Assembly (NCBI GenBank): GCA_013239625.1
Contig: MU054187.1
Location: 17,724,711-17,788,710, forward strand
DNA length: 64,000 nt
Source of the DNA: Lama guanicoe
Lineage: Eukaryota
Direction of reading: 5' to 3'
Each line of letters opens with the position of its first letter. The stretch's first letter is position 1. Below, one piece after another: positions 42,709 through 55,899 of this stretch. The notes beneath the pieces are model-generated. The model had not been told where the DNA came from. It saw nothing but the letters and a program-made list of their open reading frames with translations, and ran no database searches. A program made the position numbers and the translations under genes.

Positions 42709-42827
42709 TTTTTGGGGGGGGGATAAGATTTTTATTTATTTATTTTTAATGGAGGTACCGGGGAATGAACCCAGGACCTTGTGCATGCCAAGCATGCGCT
42801 CTACCACTGCACTATATCCTCTCCTCT
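42709..42827 (-). mobile_element. tRNA-derived SINE, camelid Vic-1-like
   Basis: Minus strand reads ggagaggatatagtgcagtggtagagcgcatgcttggcatgcacaaggtcctgggttcattccccggtacctcc (A and B boxes), then (taaa)n, C-run and A tail. 15-bp TSD tttacagcattttaa (42694-42708) / tttatagcattttaa (42828-42842). Confidence 0.88.
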
Positions 42828-43199
42828 TTTATAGCATTTTAAAGGAAACTCTTTTAAAGGCCATGAGAAGCTCTATGATTAACAGAAAAGCAAGGGGGAA
42901 AGGATTCGATATTTTTCTTTTTTTTTTCTGTTTCTCTTTCTCCAGGTGGGAAAAGGAGCACCTGAAAATACCTGTCTTTCCTGGGTACAATAAGCAAAAT
43001 TGGACAAAGTTGAAGTTCACAATGTCTTACAACGTTCTGGCCATTGGTTCTTATTTGAATTTTTAGAATTACACTATAACACAAAAGACACTAGAAGTAA
43101 ATGTTTTTGTTGTCCTCTCCAGTCTGAATCTAAATTGTCTCCATTTTCTTAGGATTAGGTTTGGCTACACTAACTGAAAAACATGTAAGCAAATATCCT

Positions 43200-43900
43200 T
43201 ATACTCTAGAGGTGAAGAGAACATTAATAAAAACTCAAATGCATAATTCATAAGGAAAATATATTGATGGACTTGACAGAATTAAAGTTAAGGATTTCTG
43301 TTCATAGACAGGCATCATACACAAAGTAATCAGATACTTGACAAACTAGAAAAAGATTTTTAAAATAAAAATCAGCAAGAGGTTAGTATCTAAAATATAG
43401 AAGGAATTTACAAATCCACAACAAAAAGATAAGAATCACAATATAAAATGTGGATAAAACTAGGCAATTCATTGAAAGGCAAATCTGAATTAGCAAGTAT
43501 ATGAAGAGATGCCCAACTCTTGATTCTCAGCAGACTGGCAAAAATTAGAGCTAAGCCAGGTATTAATGAGATATAGGCAGATGGGCACTCTTGAACACTG
43601 CTGATGGCAGTGCACATTGGTACAGACACGGTAGAGAACAATCTGGGCATACTCACCGGAAATGAATATGATCCAGTAATCCATTCCAGGGATGCATCCC
43701 AGAGCAACTTGAGCCCAGGTTCATAAGGGGACAGTCACAAAGATGTTCATTGTAGCAGCAGGTTAGAGGCAGTGGGTGCCCATCACTGCAGGAATAGGCA
43801 AATGTTGTGTATGCATACAGCAGAATACTTTTCAGCATTTGGAAGCAATAAACTAGTGTTATATACAGCAGCAGAGGTGAATCTCTTAATGAATATTTAT
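43200..43900 (+). mobile_element. Old L1ME-like ORF2 3' remnant
   Basis: attaaagttaaggatttctgttca, atgaagagatgcccaactc, atatgatccagtaatccattccaggga, caaagatgttcattgtagca. Confidence 0.65.
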
Positions 43901-46900
43901 TTAAAGCAAATTACTTGTATAAGCTGTATCACAACATCTAAAACTTAATAATCCATTGAATATATTGTCATCTGTTGCTCTGTATTATGTCTCACCCAAG
44001 ATGTCAACATTCTAGAGACCAAAGAAACTTCGTCGAGCCCACTGTTGTGCCCATGTGTTATATATGTAGGAGTAATTCAGTAAGTATTTGAATTAATAGA
44101 TTTTTCAATTGAGATTTGGAATTGCGGTAGCAAGAGATGGATAGATGGGATCATAGTTGAAGATTGAAAAAAATCATCCTTTTGCTGCTGGGAATTAGTT
44201 TTGAAAGTGGAGGAGAATAGAGGCTCCTTTAGGAACTGGAATTTCTTTTGGAACTGGAGGATAAAGATGTAGAGTAACCACTATCATGCCTCCAATTAAT
44301 AAAGGCAATGAAGTTTGCTTTAGGACCCTCTCTTTTTCCTTTTCTTAGTGTTTTCTTGTTCAAAACTATCACTGTTTTGTTTTTTTCCCCAAAACACTTA
44401 AATAATTTTGTTTTATTTCAGTATACAAAATAAAACTCATAAGAGCTAAGTCAAAATATAGCTCCTTAATCTAGAACACATTCCCACTTCTAAGGGAAAT
44501 ACATCTTTTGTTTTTGATGAAAACCATCACTTTTGTTACAATTGCCAAATATATAAATTCATTTTTATATACCAAATTGTGGTGGGTCATTCCCCTGGAG
44601 ACTGCGGAGGAAAAAACACCCTCCATAGTGGGTTTATAAAATGAACTGGTTTCTCACTGACATTCAGAATCTCATTTAGCTGTGTTCTGAAAATGATCTG
44701 AATGAGGGCCAAAGGATGTCTCTGAAAGGGAAACTGATCTTTGTGTAAGATCCAACAGGAGGTTAGAGCTTTGAAATAAGATATCTGTAGCTTGCTCAGC
44801 CCTTTGGAAGGTGCAAATGAGATGTGGATGGGCTCCAGGAAAGGGGGCTGAAGGGAAAGTAATGCAAAGCATAAAGCATTAGGGATATGATGTAATGAGG
44901 CAAGAGTACAATATCTATTTCAGCTACTTAATAGTTTTCTAATCTGGATTAAAATCAGTAACCATCTCTGAATCTTTGCTTTCTTTTTTTATGCTAAGGA
45001 GGTGGGAAGATTTCTAATTCGTATTTACCTATGAATGTTATCATCAGCCAAAAAGATCACTTAAGAGCTAAAAAAAAAATTATGAACAGATGAAACTTAG
45101 TAACACAGAGAACAAAATGAGCTTCATTCTTTTTAGTAACTGACTAGTAATGAAATGGACTGAAACATAGTAGGTACTCAACAAATATTTGTTGAATGAA
45201 TGCATCAGAAAAATGGAACAGATCAACAGGAAGTCAAGTCAGAAGAGAGCACCAAGACCAAAGAGTCTCTCAGGCGGGGCAGGTAGGAGGCAGAGGAAGG
45301 AATTTAGGAAGGCAGATAAGAAATCATCCTCTTCACCTAGGGGTCAGGACCAGGGAAAAGCTGAAGAAGCCAGGGTACTATAGCATAAAAATATTAACAG
45401 CTCATTACCTGTAGGGATTGGCAGGTACGTTTCAGAGAATTAAGATTCACAGTAGTGATGCCTATATAAATACACCTTAAACCACAAATCTGAATATTTG
45501 GATTTACATTTGAGGCAGCTAGAAAGCAAGATGAGGAGGGAGGGAAGTGAGGAGTCCCATGAAATTGTCATAGGTAGAATCAGACCAACCAGAGTTTAAA
45601 TTCAAGCTACTATTCACTAATAGTATAAATATTATCAAAAAATTAATCTCTCTGAGGTATCTAGAAAAATGAAGACTTTAATTCTCAAAAATGAAAATTG
45701 TAAGCACCTACGCTGTAGAACTGTTCTGAAGATTAAATAAGCAAATATACGAAAAGGACCTAAAATATACTTAACATGATTTTTTAAAATCGTTAGTTAT
45801 CATTACTATTGTTTTTGTTGTTATTGTAGCTTTTATGCTCAAAAGGATGTGTACCAGCCAACTTGAATTTTGGCTTGACTTCAGTTCAAGAATTAGTCAT
45901 TCGTAAACTGCTTCTTGGTTTTTCCCCAAGCGTGCTTTTTTTTTTCCTCCTCGGAGCTCTATTAAAGCACTCCCATTGCTCCACAATCCTAACTTTTGTT
46001 TTAGCAGCACCAAAGAAAAGGGACCTTTAGCACACTCAATCCCGGGTGGCTAAGTGGTCGGCATGGCTGTCCTCTGGCCAATTAGGCCCAGGATCTCAGA
46101 TCTCAAGAGGAGCAGAAGAGCCAGGGCAGAACCAGGAGAAGGGGAGGCGCTGAGACAGGTTTGTCTCATGTTTCTTAGATGGACCATGCCCCATTCAAAC
46201 ATACTTAGATCATCTTCCCACTAAGAGATGATGTCCCCCTCCAGTGCCTGTTTACTGGTTGGTAAGACCCTCATTTGAGTGGCGAGGAGGAGGACTCAGG
46301 AAGCCAGAGTCGCGTTCCTAAAAGCTACCCGTTTGTAAGAGACATGCTTTCAACAGTGGACAAAGTGAGAAGTGCTGTCAAAACTTTGCAACGGAACAGA
46401 TTAATGAGAAGATAGCTGTAAGATTTGTTATGAAAATTACATTGATAGTGACAACTTGCTAGTGGGTATGCTAGAGTTAACTAACAACACGGCCTATCAC
46501 TGCTAATTCCCAAGAAATTTAGTTCTGGTGAAAGGTGTTAGACTGTCAAGCAGAGGTTTTAGCTGGTTTCGAAGTTACCTTCATCCCCTGGAGGTTTGGA
46601 CCCTGCCAGAAACAGGCCTCCCTCTGACACGTCCAGGTTAGTTCCGCCCTTAAAAGCCCTCGGAAGACATAGTTCTGACGTTACCTCATCAGCTGCGAGG
46701 CCAGCTCAAAACTTTAGCTGAAAAATGGTAAAGCCCGGGCCGGGGGAGGAGGCCAAGAGGAGCCGGGGGTGAAGGGACTGCTGCTTTCACCTCGAAGTTT
46801 GGGCCCAACTTTCATGCTGAGGAAGCGGCTTCCAAGGGCTGAGAGCAACCTCAGTTCCCCAATCCCAGATGGAAAGTAGGATTTCTCTAGGAAAAAAGGT

Positions 46901-47380
46901 GCCTCCACTCAGACACCTGTGTATGAGGATAAAGTCCAGGGAATACACTCAGGTGAGGTCGCGCGACTGAACGGCGGGAAGGGGAGAGGGTCCCGCTGCG
47001 AAGAGCGTCTGGTTCGCTCGTTTGCTTCAGGTCCTCAGAGAGGCACAGACGGGGAGGCAGAACTGCACTGACTGAGGGACTGGGCTTGAGAACCCTGAGG
47101 TGCTGGGATATTCGAAACCGGAAGCTAAGGCGTGAGGCAAACAAGGCTGGAGTCGAACAAAGGCGCCCCTGGGCGGCAGGACGCAGTCTGCAGCGGTGGA
47201 GGCTTACCCCGAGGACGACCACGAAAGCCCGGCGCCGGCAGGCAGCTGTGCAGAGGCCGCTGGAGGCGCGCCTCCCCGAGGCCCCGCCCCGCCGTAGCCC
47301 CGCCCCTCCGGCGCAGAACCAATGGGAGCTCGGGATGTTAGCGGGTGGGAGGCGCGGCCGGGTTGCTACAGCCGGAGCTG

Positions 47381-47431
47381 GGCGGTGGCGGCGGTGGCGG
47401 TGGTGGCGGTGGTGGCGGTGGTGGCGGCGGC
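47381..47431 (+). repeat. (GGC/GGT)17 trinucleotide repeat in the ZC2HC1A 5' leader
   Basis: ggcggtggcggcggtggcggtggtggcggtggtggcggtggtggcggcggc, 51 nt. Confidence 0.95.
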
Positions 47432-47475
47432 TGTTGCCTTAGGCTTCTCGCGGAGCCCGAGGAGGTGGCGGCGCA

Positions 47476-47491
47476 ATGGAGGGGCTGGAAG
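47476..47491 (+). CDS. ZC2HC1A: Zinc finger C2HC domain-containing protein 1A, coding exon 1
   Basis: gcaATGG in strong Kozak context, encodes MEGLE plus G; donor GTGAGG at 47492; joins in phase to exon 2. Confidence 0.9.
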
Positions 47492-50400
47492 GTGAGGAGG
47501 TGAAGGGGTGCGGGCTGGGGGACTGAGAGTGAGGTGGCGGGGAGGAGGGGGCTGCGCTAGACCTCAGTTCCGAAGAGGCGAGGGCAGGTCCGGAGGGGTG
47601 GACTCCGCCGCTTCTCCCAAGGCCCGGGCGTGCGGGCGCCCTGCAGCCCCCGACTCGGTGGAGCTAATGATCCTCAGGCTGCCCCTCCTCAGACGGCCTT
47701 CACCTAGTGGTTCCTCGCCCCGAGCCAGATCTTGCCTCTGGTATACGCCTGCAAATCCCCTCCTACCATTTTCTCCTCTTGCCTGACTCCCTGAGTGTTC
47801 TTTTGGTGATCACAGCCTCCGACCAGATTTTATTTTCCTTGCAAAGTGTATTCTCCGTTAAGGTCGATGGCTTCCCCACGGCCAGCCTTTGATGCGGCTC
47901 TAGGGTGTGTCTCCAACCTAGAGCTTCTGATACTTTCCTTGGCCACTTTCCTTGGTTTCCCTAGGTAACTGTTTTTGCATTTCTACAGCATCTTCTATCG
48001 GAGAGATGCCAGGAGCATCTCTCAAGGAAGTGTCACTGGCCAGCTTTAGAGCCGGAACAATAGATTAACAGAAGGATTTAAGGGCTTATTCAGGAGGACT
48101 CTGTTAGAGAGAGCCAGCATTGATTCCTTATCTTTAGGTTTATCCCTGTGCTGTAACCACGACTCCAGAATTGCTTTGTTCCCAGTTCTTTCACTTCTGT
48201 ATTCTTTTCACGGGTTTTATCCTGTGTAATACAGCATTCCTTTAAAAACAACAAAGGAAAAAAAAAACCAGCTAGCATTAGCAACGACAGTTTTAAGATT
48301 CCTTTCCAAACTGTGGTTAATATTTCTGATGAAGAATAAGCCTGCAGAATTGAAGGATCCTGTTGTCTCGATTTAGCCTTTTTTTCTTCTCTTAATTTAC
48401 ATAGATTCAGGTGGAATTAATAAGCAGAGGCATATGAGCCCAGTGTGTTGTTGCATGGTAGAGTAAATTTTGTCAGGTTGGGTTATGAAGTGAAAAGTAA
48501 TAAAACTTTCTGCAGTGACCTAAGCAAATGCAGTAATGAATATGATAGTATTTCATGCTTTTGTCCGAGGGGAAACTCACAGTAAACACCTTGAGGATAT
48601 GATGATGTTCCGTTTGTGGACAGCTACCGTATGCTGTGACAAATGAAGTTCTTGTTCTTTGCTTATTTATTTTAGGCGGATCACTCACATTTCCATGAAA
48701 AAGGAATTATAATGATAGTATTCCTTACTCAAGGCACTTTTGAGATCTTGGAGGCAGTTTATTTATTTTTTAATAAATTTTCAAACATCATGGTATTGTA
48801 ACAATGTGGGTGGGATCATGGGTTCTGGAATTCTCATAAAGTTGTAATGCATATGAAGTTCTTTAGAACAGTTTTTCTGCGGATTTCTAGTCAACATTTG
48901 TAATTAAGGCAAAGGTTTTCACCTAATTTTTCATTTGTTTGCTAAACACCTGAAACAGTGTCTGACTGAAAGTAGGTATTCAATAAATATTTGTTGTTAA
49001 ATAAATGACTATGTCTATGATGGCCACCATTGTAGGCCCTGGGGATGCAGCAAAAATAAAAAGTTAAAGCCCTGCTCTCATTGAGCTTACCTTTTAGTGA
49101 ATCTTATATTTTAGCAGTGCTAAGACATTACTATTGCATTACATTACTAGTAAACTCTTACTATGAATGCTTTTAAAATATAATGAAAACCCATTATAAT
49201 ATTCAGTTACATGGGTGGAGAAATACATAAATTCTGATCTAATGGGCTATGTTATCATGGGCATATTTTAGGGACCCAGGTTGTGATGGATTATCATTAA
49301 ACAATATTTGTTCTTTACTCGTCGTTTGATTTTTTTTTAACAAAATGATTTGCTGTCATTAACTATGATATGTTTAATTAATGAATTAAGTTAAAACATG
49401 AAATTATTCTTTTTTTAGGGCAAAACAGTTGAATATTTGTAATTTCAAGTGGTTTAAACTAATAAAACAAACGCTCTAAGAATCTTTTGTTGAAGTTAGA
49501 CGGTTCCTTTCTTTTCTTTCATCTTATACTTCTTTTCCTTCTCCTTTAAAATTGGTCCTTGTTAAGTCACACTTTGCAAAAGCAGTTTTGAGTTTTAAGG
49601 TTACCATTCATTCATTCAGTCATCCATGCCTTCACTTAATAACCAGTGATACGTTAGTACAGTGATATATAAGATAAAGTTTTTCCCTATTGGAAGTTAA
49701 AGTCTAGCACTTTGAAGGTGTCTGATGAACATTATATTGCCGTGTCCAGTAGAAAATCTTCAAGTTTGCTTAACATATATCATAATAATTGAGCAAATAT
49801 TGTACTGCTTGACAATAGACCCATAGAGAAGCTAGTTGAAGCCAGTTAACAGACTAATCTTGATTGTAAAACCAGAAAATATTTGGACCCCTGAAAAATA
49901 TTATTGAAGTTTATCATACTCTTTTTAAAAATTACTTACATGTAGATCAGATATCACATTATTTTTGGTCTTTCTGGAACTTATGCTTCTGAGAGATGAA
50001 CTATTAGGCTGAACACTGTATTTGAAAGCCAAGTATAAATTATTGCTAATGATTCTATATGATCTGTATCCGAGCACTTCTGTGTTGTATGTGCAATTAG
50101 AATAAAGCCTCTAATTCCTTTTCTCCTGAAGCTCGTCCTCTATAGATATGTCTAAGGGCAACAGAAGTAGTTCTAGACTTGGGAGAGTTGCAGTCTCATG
50201 AGCTTTTCATCTGTAAAATGGAGAGATGCTAAACCCTAAGCAGGTTTTATCCATATGTATTGTTTTTCCTGTCATAAGATCTTGATAAACAGTTGTTGAC
50301 AATTGGGACAGAGATCAGGCAGCCTATTCCTCTTTTGGACTGCTGAAATTCGTGGATCTTAGTGTCCTGCCCTCTAAAACTTGATTAGAATTCTGAGCAC

Positions 50401-50779
50401 TCTTTTCTAATGTAGCTCTTGATGTAGTTGAAGACAGCCATGCTGTCCCATTGAGGTGCTTTGTTTTTCCCTAATCTAAGCACTAGTTTACTGAATAATT
50501 CTTTATCTTTATTAATTTACCTAGCTTTTTTTTTTTGGTATTGAATCTGATGCTAGGTTATCATAATAGGCAGTGTGTTGGAGAGGTCTGTGGATCTTTG
50601 CTTTGTTTCTTTTTTAGTGCTGTGATTTGGTTGATCTGAACTTCAGTTTCCTCAGCTGTAAAAATTGGAGCTAATAAATACCAATCTATCTGAACTATAT
50701 TAAATATTAAATGATGTAACATATATAAAGCATTTAATAAACTGCCTAGTACATAGATGTCCCCCTCCAGTACATGTTT

Positions 50780-52600
50780 ATTGGATGGATAAAATTACAG
50801 GAAGTGTATTAGGAGCTTAAGAGTGATTCAGTACAGGTGAAACATAGCAGGCTTGGAAGAGACTGGGCAGTCTCACCAGATAATTATGGCAGCAGGACAG
50901 ATTGGAGAAAAGAGAGGCTGGACAAACACAAATGTGATAAGGATTTGAACTGAGGCAAAAGTAGCAGGAATTAAAAAGGGGTAATAGATTCAGAAGACAT
51001 TTCTGAGATAGAAAAATGAGAGAGAACTGCTGAATGTGAGAGGGAAAAAGGAATCAAAGATAAAGCAGCCTTCTAGCTTGGACTAAGGAAATGTTGATAT
51101 CTTTAACCAAGAGAAAGACAAGTTTGGAAGATGATGTAATGAGTTTGGCTTCAGAAATGTTGTGTGTGTACTGTTCTTGGGGCATATCTGGTGGAAAAGT
51201 TTTATAGCTACTTATAAATATCTAACTGGAGGTTTTAGTTTAGTAGTCATCAACATATGAGTGACAACAAATGGATGCGTTTGCCCAGGGAAGCAATATT
51301 TAACAAATTGAAGGGGAAAAAAGGAAAAAAAACAAACTTCGGGAGGAACTGATACCAGTTTTAAGATTGAGCAGAACAGGGAATTGAAGTTAAGGGGCAG
51401 TCTTTAAATAGATTTAAAAATTGTGAAGAAAGGGAAGTGGGGGAGAACTAATATTTATTGAGTAGTGAGTATGTGCTAGAAAAAGCCTATAGCACCTGCT
51501 ATTCCTGAAGATTTAAGTATTAACCGGGTCAAACTCTGCTTGGCTTGTAAAATCTGAAAAACTTGGGAGACAGAAATGTCACTGAAGCTAGGAGAGAAAG
51601 GACTTCAAAGTTGGAAGAGATTGATCAGCAGTGCCTCATGATGTATAAAGGTCTAGTAGGATGAGGATTCAAAAGAGGGCTTTCAATTTGACAATTAATA
51701 GATTAGTGGTGATCAGTTGTCTCTGTTTCTTAAGGTCTTTACTCTAATGCCTCTTTATTAAAGTCGCTTTCCCTGATCTTACCCACTTCTCAGGCACACA
51801 TAGTATTACGACTGTATTCTCTCCCCTTTCTCTGCTCTATTTTTCTACGTTGTACTTTTCACCACATTTTATATATTGAATTGTTTTTACATACCTATTT
51901 CCAAAGAGTAGAAGCTCCATAAGATCAGTGTCTGTGTTTTTTTCCATCATTGTTTCCATTGGCACTAGATACCTTTTAGGGGCAGAAGGGATTTCTACTG
52001 GGGAAATAACAGCATGCTAAACTGTTTTTTGGTTTTTGATTTTTTGTTTTTTGGGTTTTTTTTTTTTGGCTTGTTTTGAAGACTGAGGAAGTTCTGCTCT
52101 AAGAAAACCCATTTGTTTAATCTAGCATTTTCCAGGCATTTGACCATGAGCAAAGGATTTGAGAGTGATTGGTGGAAGTAGTGGAAATGACTACTCAGAT
52201 TCAGACTGGGTAGGAAGCGAAGTGCAGCAGGGAATAGATTATCAAGAAAACGCAAGTCACTCTGAGATCAAGAAGCTGATTTAGAGAAAGGTAGAAGGTA
52301 GAAGTCTGTAATTAGAGTGAGAGCTTGTGTATTTTGAGAGTCCAAAGGTGAATCTGAGTCGTTTTAGCCCTGGTTGTTTTTGCTGAACTGGGGTGCAGAT
52401 CACTAAAATGGAGTGGAAGGTGAAGGTTATGTATTGAGTAGGTTAAGTGTGAATGTTGAAATATTGAAATCTAGGATGAGCTGAAAAGGAATCTCTTGAG
52501 GGATTGTTGGCTTGAAGTAATTAGATTTTTCAAAAAGAATTGTAGGAAGAAAGTGGTAAAAGCAGATGCTGTGTACTTCAAAATAGTGATTTGTTGAGTT
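50780..52600 (-). mobile_element. L2 remnants, interrupted
   Basis: Purine-rich L2-like sequence, e.g. gattcagaagacatttctgagataga and gtctagtaggatgaggattcaaaag. Boundaries approximate. Confidence 0.45.
51482..51557 (-). pseudogene. Degenerate, 5'-truncated 5S rRNA pseudogene
   Basis: aaagcctatagcacctgctattcc...aagtattaaccgggtcaaactctgcttggctt...aatctga aligns by eye to the reverse complement of the 5S rRNA 3' part (aaagcctacagcacccggtattccc...aagtactaaccaggcccgaccctgcttagcttccgagatcaga). Confidence 0.8.
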
Positions 52601-53559
52601 TTAAAGGTTGATTTCAGATAAGGAGTGACCAGAGAGGAAGGAATAGACATAAATGGATACAGAGGACAGAACTATTCTTAATTTCCAAGATTTCTTTTCT
52701 TTTGGAAATGCTCTTTATTTCTTAAATGTACATATTTTAGAATGTTGTAACTATTTTAGATAACATTATTTCATATCACCTATATATTAGTATTATATAA
52801 AGTTACCATTTTTCTGGCCTATTATTACTGTGCAGGTTTTGAAATTGCTCAATATAGCAGCTCATAACAGAGTCAATAATGTGTACAAGATAAATTTTGT
52901 GAAGAGAAATGGGCTGCTTTAAAGTTATAGACTATTAAGTACTTTATTCACTTGGTTCTGTCCATCAGTTTAAGTGCTGCTTTCAAGAGTCTTTGTTCTT
53001 CACTACAGTACTCACCCTCTGAATATCATCTTTTTACTGTGTAAGTTGCACAATTAACCAGCTTTTGCCACCCAGGAGAGAGTAGTGGAGTTTGCCTGCA
53101 TGCCCTGGAGAGTAGTAGTTTTTATTTCATTGGTTGTGAAGCATTTTTATATATAACATCTCAGTTAATCCTCTTAAATTTTAAGGTAGATTGACCGGAT
53201 GTTATCCTCATTTAACAGATACTAAACTTGAGGCTACCTATATGATTCGTCATACATTTTCTTCTAGTTTACTCAGTGAAAATTTTTCCATCAAGGAGAG
53301 GGACGTCATGTTCTTTGCTGTAAGTCCTTGCAGATTCTCAGTTCTCTATGGAGACAAGAAGACCTGATTTCCTCAACATACTGCACACTGGCTGAAACAC
53401 TCATTCTACTCTCTGTCATTGGTCACTTGGTTTAATTATTCTTATATATGACCAGCTTTTAAAAATTAATATAATACAAGTAAGGGAGGTGTCTTGTCAT
53501 CCATTTACTTTTCTTACTAATGTGGTCTTCAGGTAGATTTTATTAAATATGGTATAATT

Positions 53560-53750
53560 ATTAAGGTATATTAGAGATGGAAGGGGACTACGTAGGTCAT
53601 TTAACCTAACTTTCTTACTTTATACAAGAGGAATCTGAACTTCAGAGAGGTTAAATATTTTGCCCAACAACTCATAGTTTTAAGTGACAGATCTGGGACT
53701 TGAACTTAGATAATATGAGACAAATTCCAGTGCCTTTTCTACCACACTGC
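53560..53750 (-). mobile_element. MIR remnant
   Basis: tttatacaagaggaatctgaacttcagagaggttaaatattttgcccaa...ctgggacttgaac. Confidence 0.65.
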
Positions 53751-55244
53751 AGTGTATTTTTAATGAATGCCATTAGGACAAAATGTGGCTTTGTGACTAA
53801 TGCCTCAGCTGCTTGTCATGACCTGTTGATAGAAGTTCTTTCCAGAGGGTGTTGATACCAACACACATGCCATATTTTGTGGATTGTGGGGCTATGCTCT
53901 ATGACCAGCTAATAAAAGAGGAAATTATACATTTATATATATTTTACTTATGTTGAATAAAGTAATGACTTTTTACTATTTTCCTTTTTTGAGATAATTA
54001 TCTTTAAATGTTTTCAATGCTATTTCCTCTTTTTTATGCCTTTTAGTGATTATGATTTTCATTTCCTTTAAAGACAATTTGAACATGTTTGATGAGTTAC
54101 AGGAATTAATCCAGGAGTTGGATTTTACTATATGGTAGTATTCTAGTTGCTGTTCTGTTAAAGTTTTAAGTTTTTGTGTTAAAAAATATGGAAGATGATT
54201 TGCTTCTTAGATAGCGAAGAACTAAATCATGTAGACTATTGGCTTTATGAATCAATGATTGTGTAACTTCACCCTTGTGTCACTATTACTTGGTACATGT
54301 TTTGCAAGTAGTACGTACTCAGGTAGCCATTCACATTATTTCCATGTGTTGGGTTGATTTCTTCAATAGTTAATTTTTTTTAAGATTGTGCTTTATTATC
54401 TATTTAACAAGGAAATATTGAAATACACTATTAAGCAAGTAAAATATGTGGTAGTTTTCAACATTTTATATTGATAAATTTTTAATGTTAGGCATTGAAA
54501 GGAAGACATAAAAAGTCTAATAGATAAGCCTAACAGATTACGCAGCCTGTGGTACCACTTTGACAGTCATTATGAAGACATTCTAAACTTAATGTACCTA
54601 ATGGATTCCATCCAGCAACTGCCTCAACTTTCTGGATAATTAGTGGAATTAAGTGATACAGATCAATGAAGTTGCTTTGCTCTCCCTAAATAACCTACTC
54701 TGCTATTGGAAGGGACAAAGCAGGCAAATCCTAGCTTTGCTTTTGTAGTGTTCACACCCTGACTGCCACCATACAGGCATTGCCTCCATCTGAAGTGACA
54801 GGTAGTCACTATCTACCGCTGAAATAGGGCAGTGGAGTACTAGGAGAATGAGAGAACAAAACAGTTCTGTTACTGTTTGATTGTGTTCCTGCCAATGTCT
54901 GTTTTGATTCTCCTGATTAGTTTTCTGTGGACTCACTAAATGCCTTGGAACAAATGATATGAAGTTCATAATTGTACTTTTTTCATGAGTTTATGTTACT
55001 TCTAAAAGAAGATGCCTCTCTACTTGTCTTTCATATGATAAAAGAATTTTAACAATCAGTATAATATTCAGCAGAAAATTAATAAAAATATCATTTTTAT
55101 GGAAATTACAAATATGGAAATAAATTTAGGTGTGATATTTGGCTATATAATAAAATGAAAATTGACTTATGTGGAATCCCAAAGAACAGTTTTTTTGTGT
55201 GTGTGATGAAATTTGTTATATTTAAGTACATGATAGATTTATTT

Positions 55245-55430
55245 TTTTTTAGAGTAGAGACTTACTGAAGTATATTTGATTTACAGTGTGTTAATTTCTT
55301 GTGTACAGCATAGTGACTCAGTTATACATATATATTCTCTTTCATATTCTTTTTCATTATAGGTTATTATAAGATATTGCATATAGTTCCCTGTGCTGTA
55401 CAATAGGACCTTGCTGTTTATCTATTTTAT
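55245..55430 (-). mobile_element. L1 3' end fragment (cetartiodactyl-type)
   Basis: gaagtatatttgatttaca...gtgtacagcatagtgactcagttatacat...atatagttccctgtgctgtacaataggacc. Confidence 0.75.
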
Positions 55431-55899
55431 TTTATTTTTATTTTTTATTTTTTAAATTTTTGATTGAGTTAAAGTTGCACCTACTTCTTCCTTATTTAAT
55501 GAATTGTGCCTATAAAGTCAGAGCTTCTCAATTTGCTGGTCCAGTGAATCTCAACATAATGTTATATGTATGAAATAATGAACAGTTCACATAGTGCAGG
55601 CAGTTTGCTTAGAAACTAGGTGATCTTTTCCTTAAGCATAATGCTTCCTTTTGTCTGGCAGGGCAACATTCTTTGTATCCTAGACTCCCTAATCATATCA
55701 GGAAGCCACCTCACTGATCGCCAGTGTTACTTCTTACTTTTTTATAAGTTTTAAAAAATTTTGTATTGTGGAAAAATAGACATAAAATTTTACCATTTTC
55801 GCCAGTTTTAAGTGTACAGTTCAGTGGTATTAAGTCCATTCACACTGTTGTGCAATCATTATAACTTTCCATCTCCCAAACTTTTCATCATCCCAAATT

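Larger units (their letters stand above)
46950..47750 (+). promoter_or_regulatory. ZC2HC1A: CpG-island promoter of ZC2HC1A
   Basis: High GC and CpG density around exon 1; GC boxes GCCCCGCCCC at 47281-47290 and 47297-47306; CCAAT at 47319-47323; no TATA box seen. Confidence 0.88.

Noticed and set aside
47322..47337. Upstream ATGs at 47322 and 47335 as uORF starts
   Set aside because: They overlap or closely follow the CCAAT box and probably lie upstream of the TSS; they cannot be placed in the mRNA.
47086..47442. 118-aa Arg/Trp-rich ORF resembling an antimicrobial peptide (RWRRWRWWRWWRWWRR)
   Set aside because: This is the GGY repeat read in another frame within a stop-poor CpG island. It starts at a non-ATG codon upstream of the GC and CCAAT boxes, so probably upstream of the TSS.
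47361..47445. RFX X-box-like half sites (GTTGCTA, GTTGCCT) flanking the GGY repeat
   Set aside because: Only half of the palindromic X-box is present in each; insufficient support.
48598..48700. Possible intronic C/D snoRNA (ATGATGA C box)
   Set aside because: No suitably placed CTGA D box or terminal stem found.
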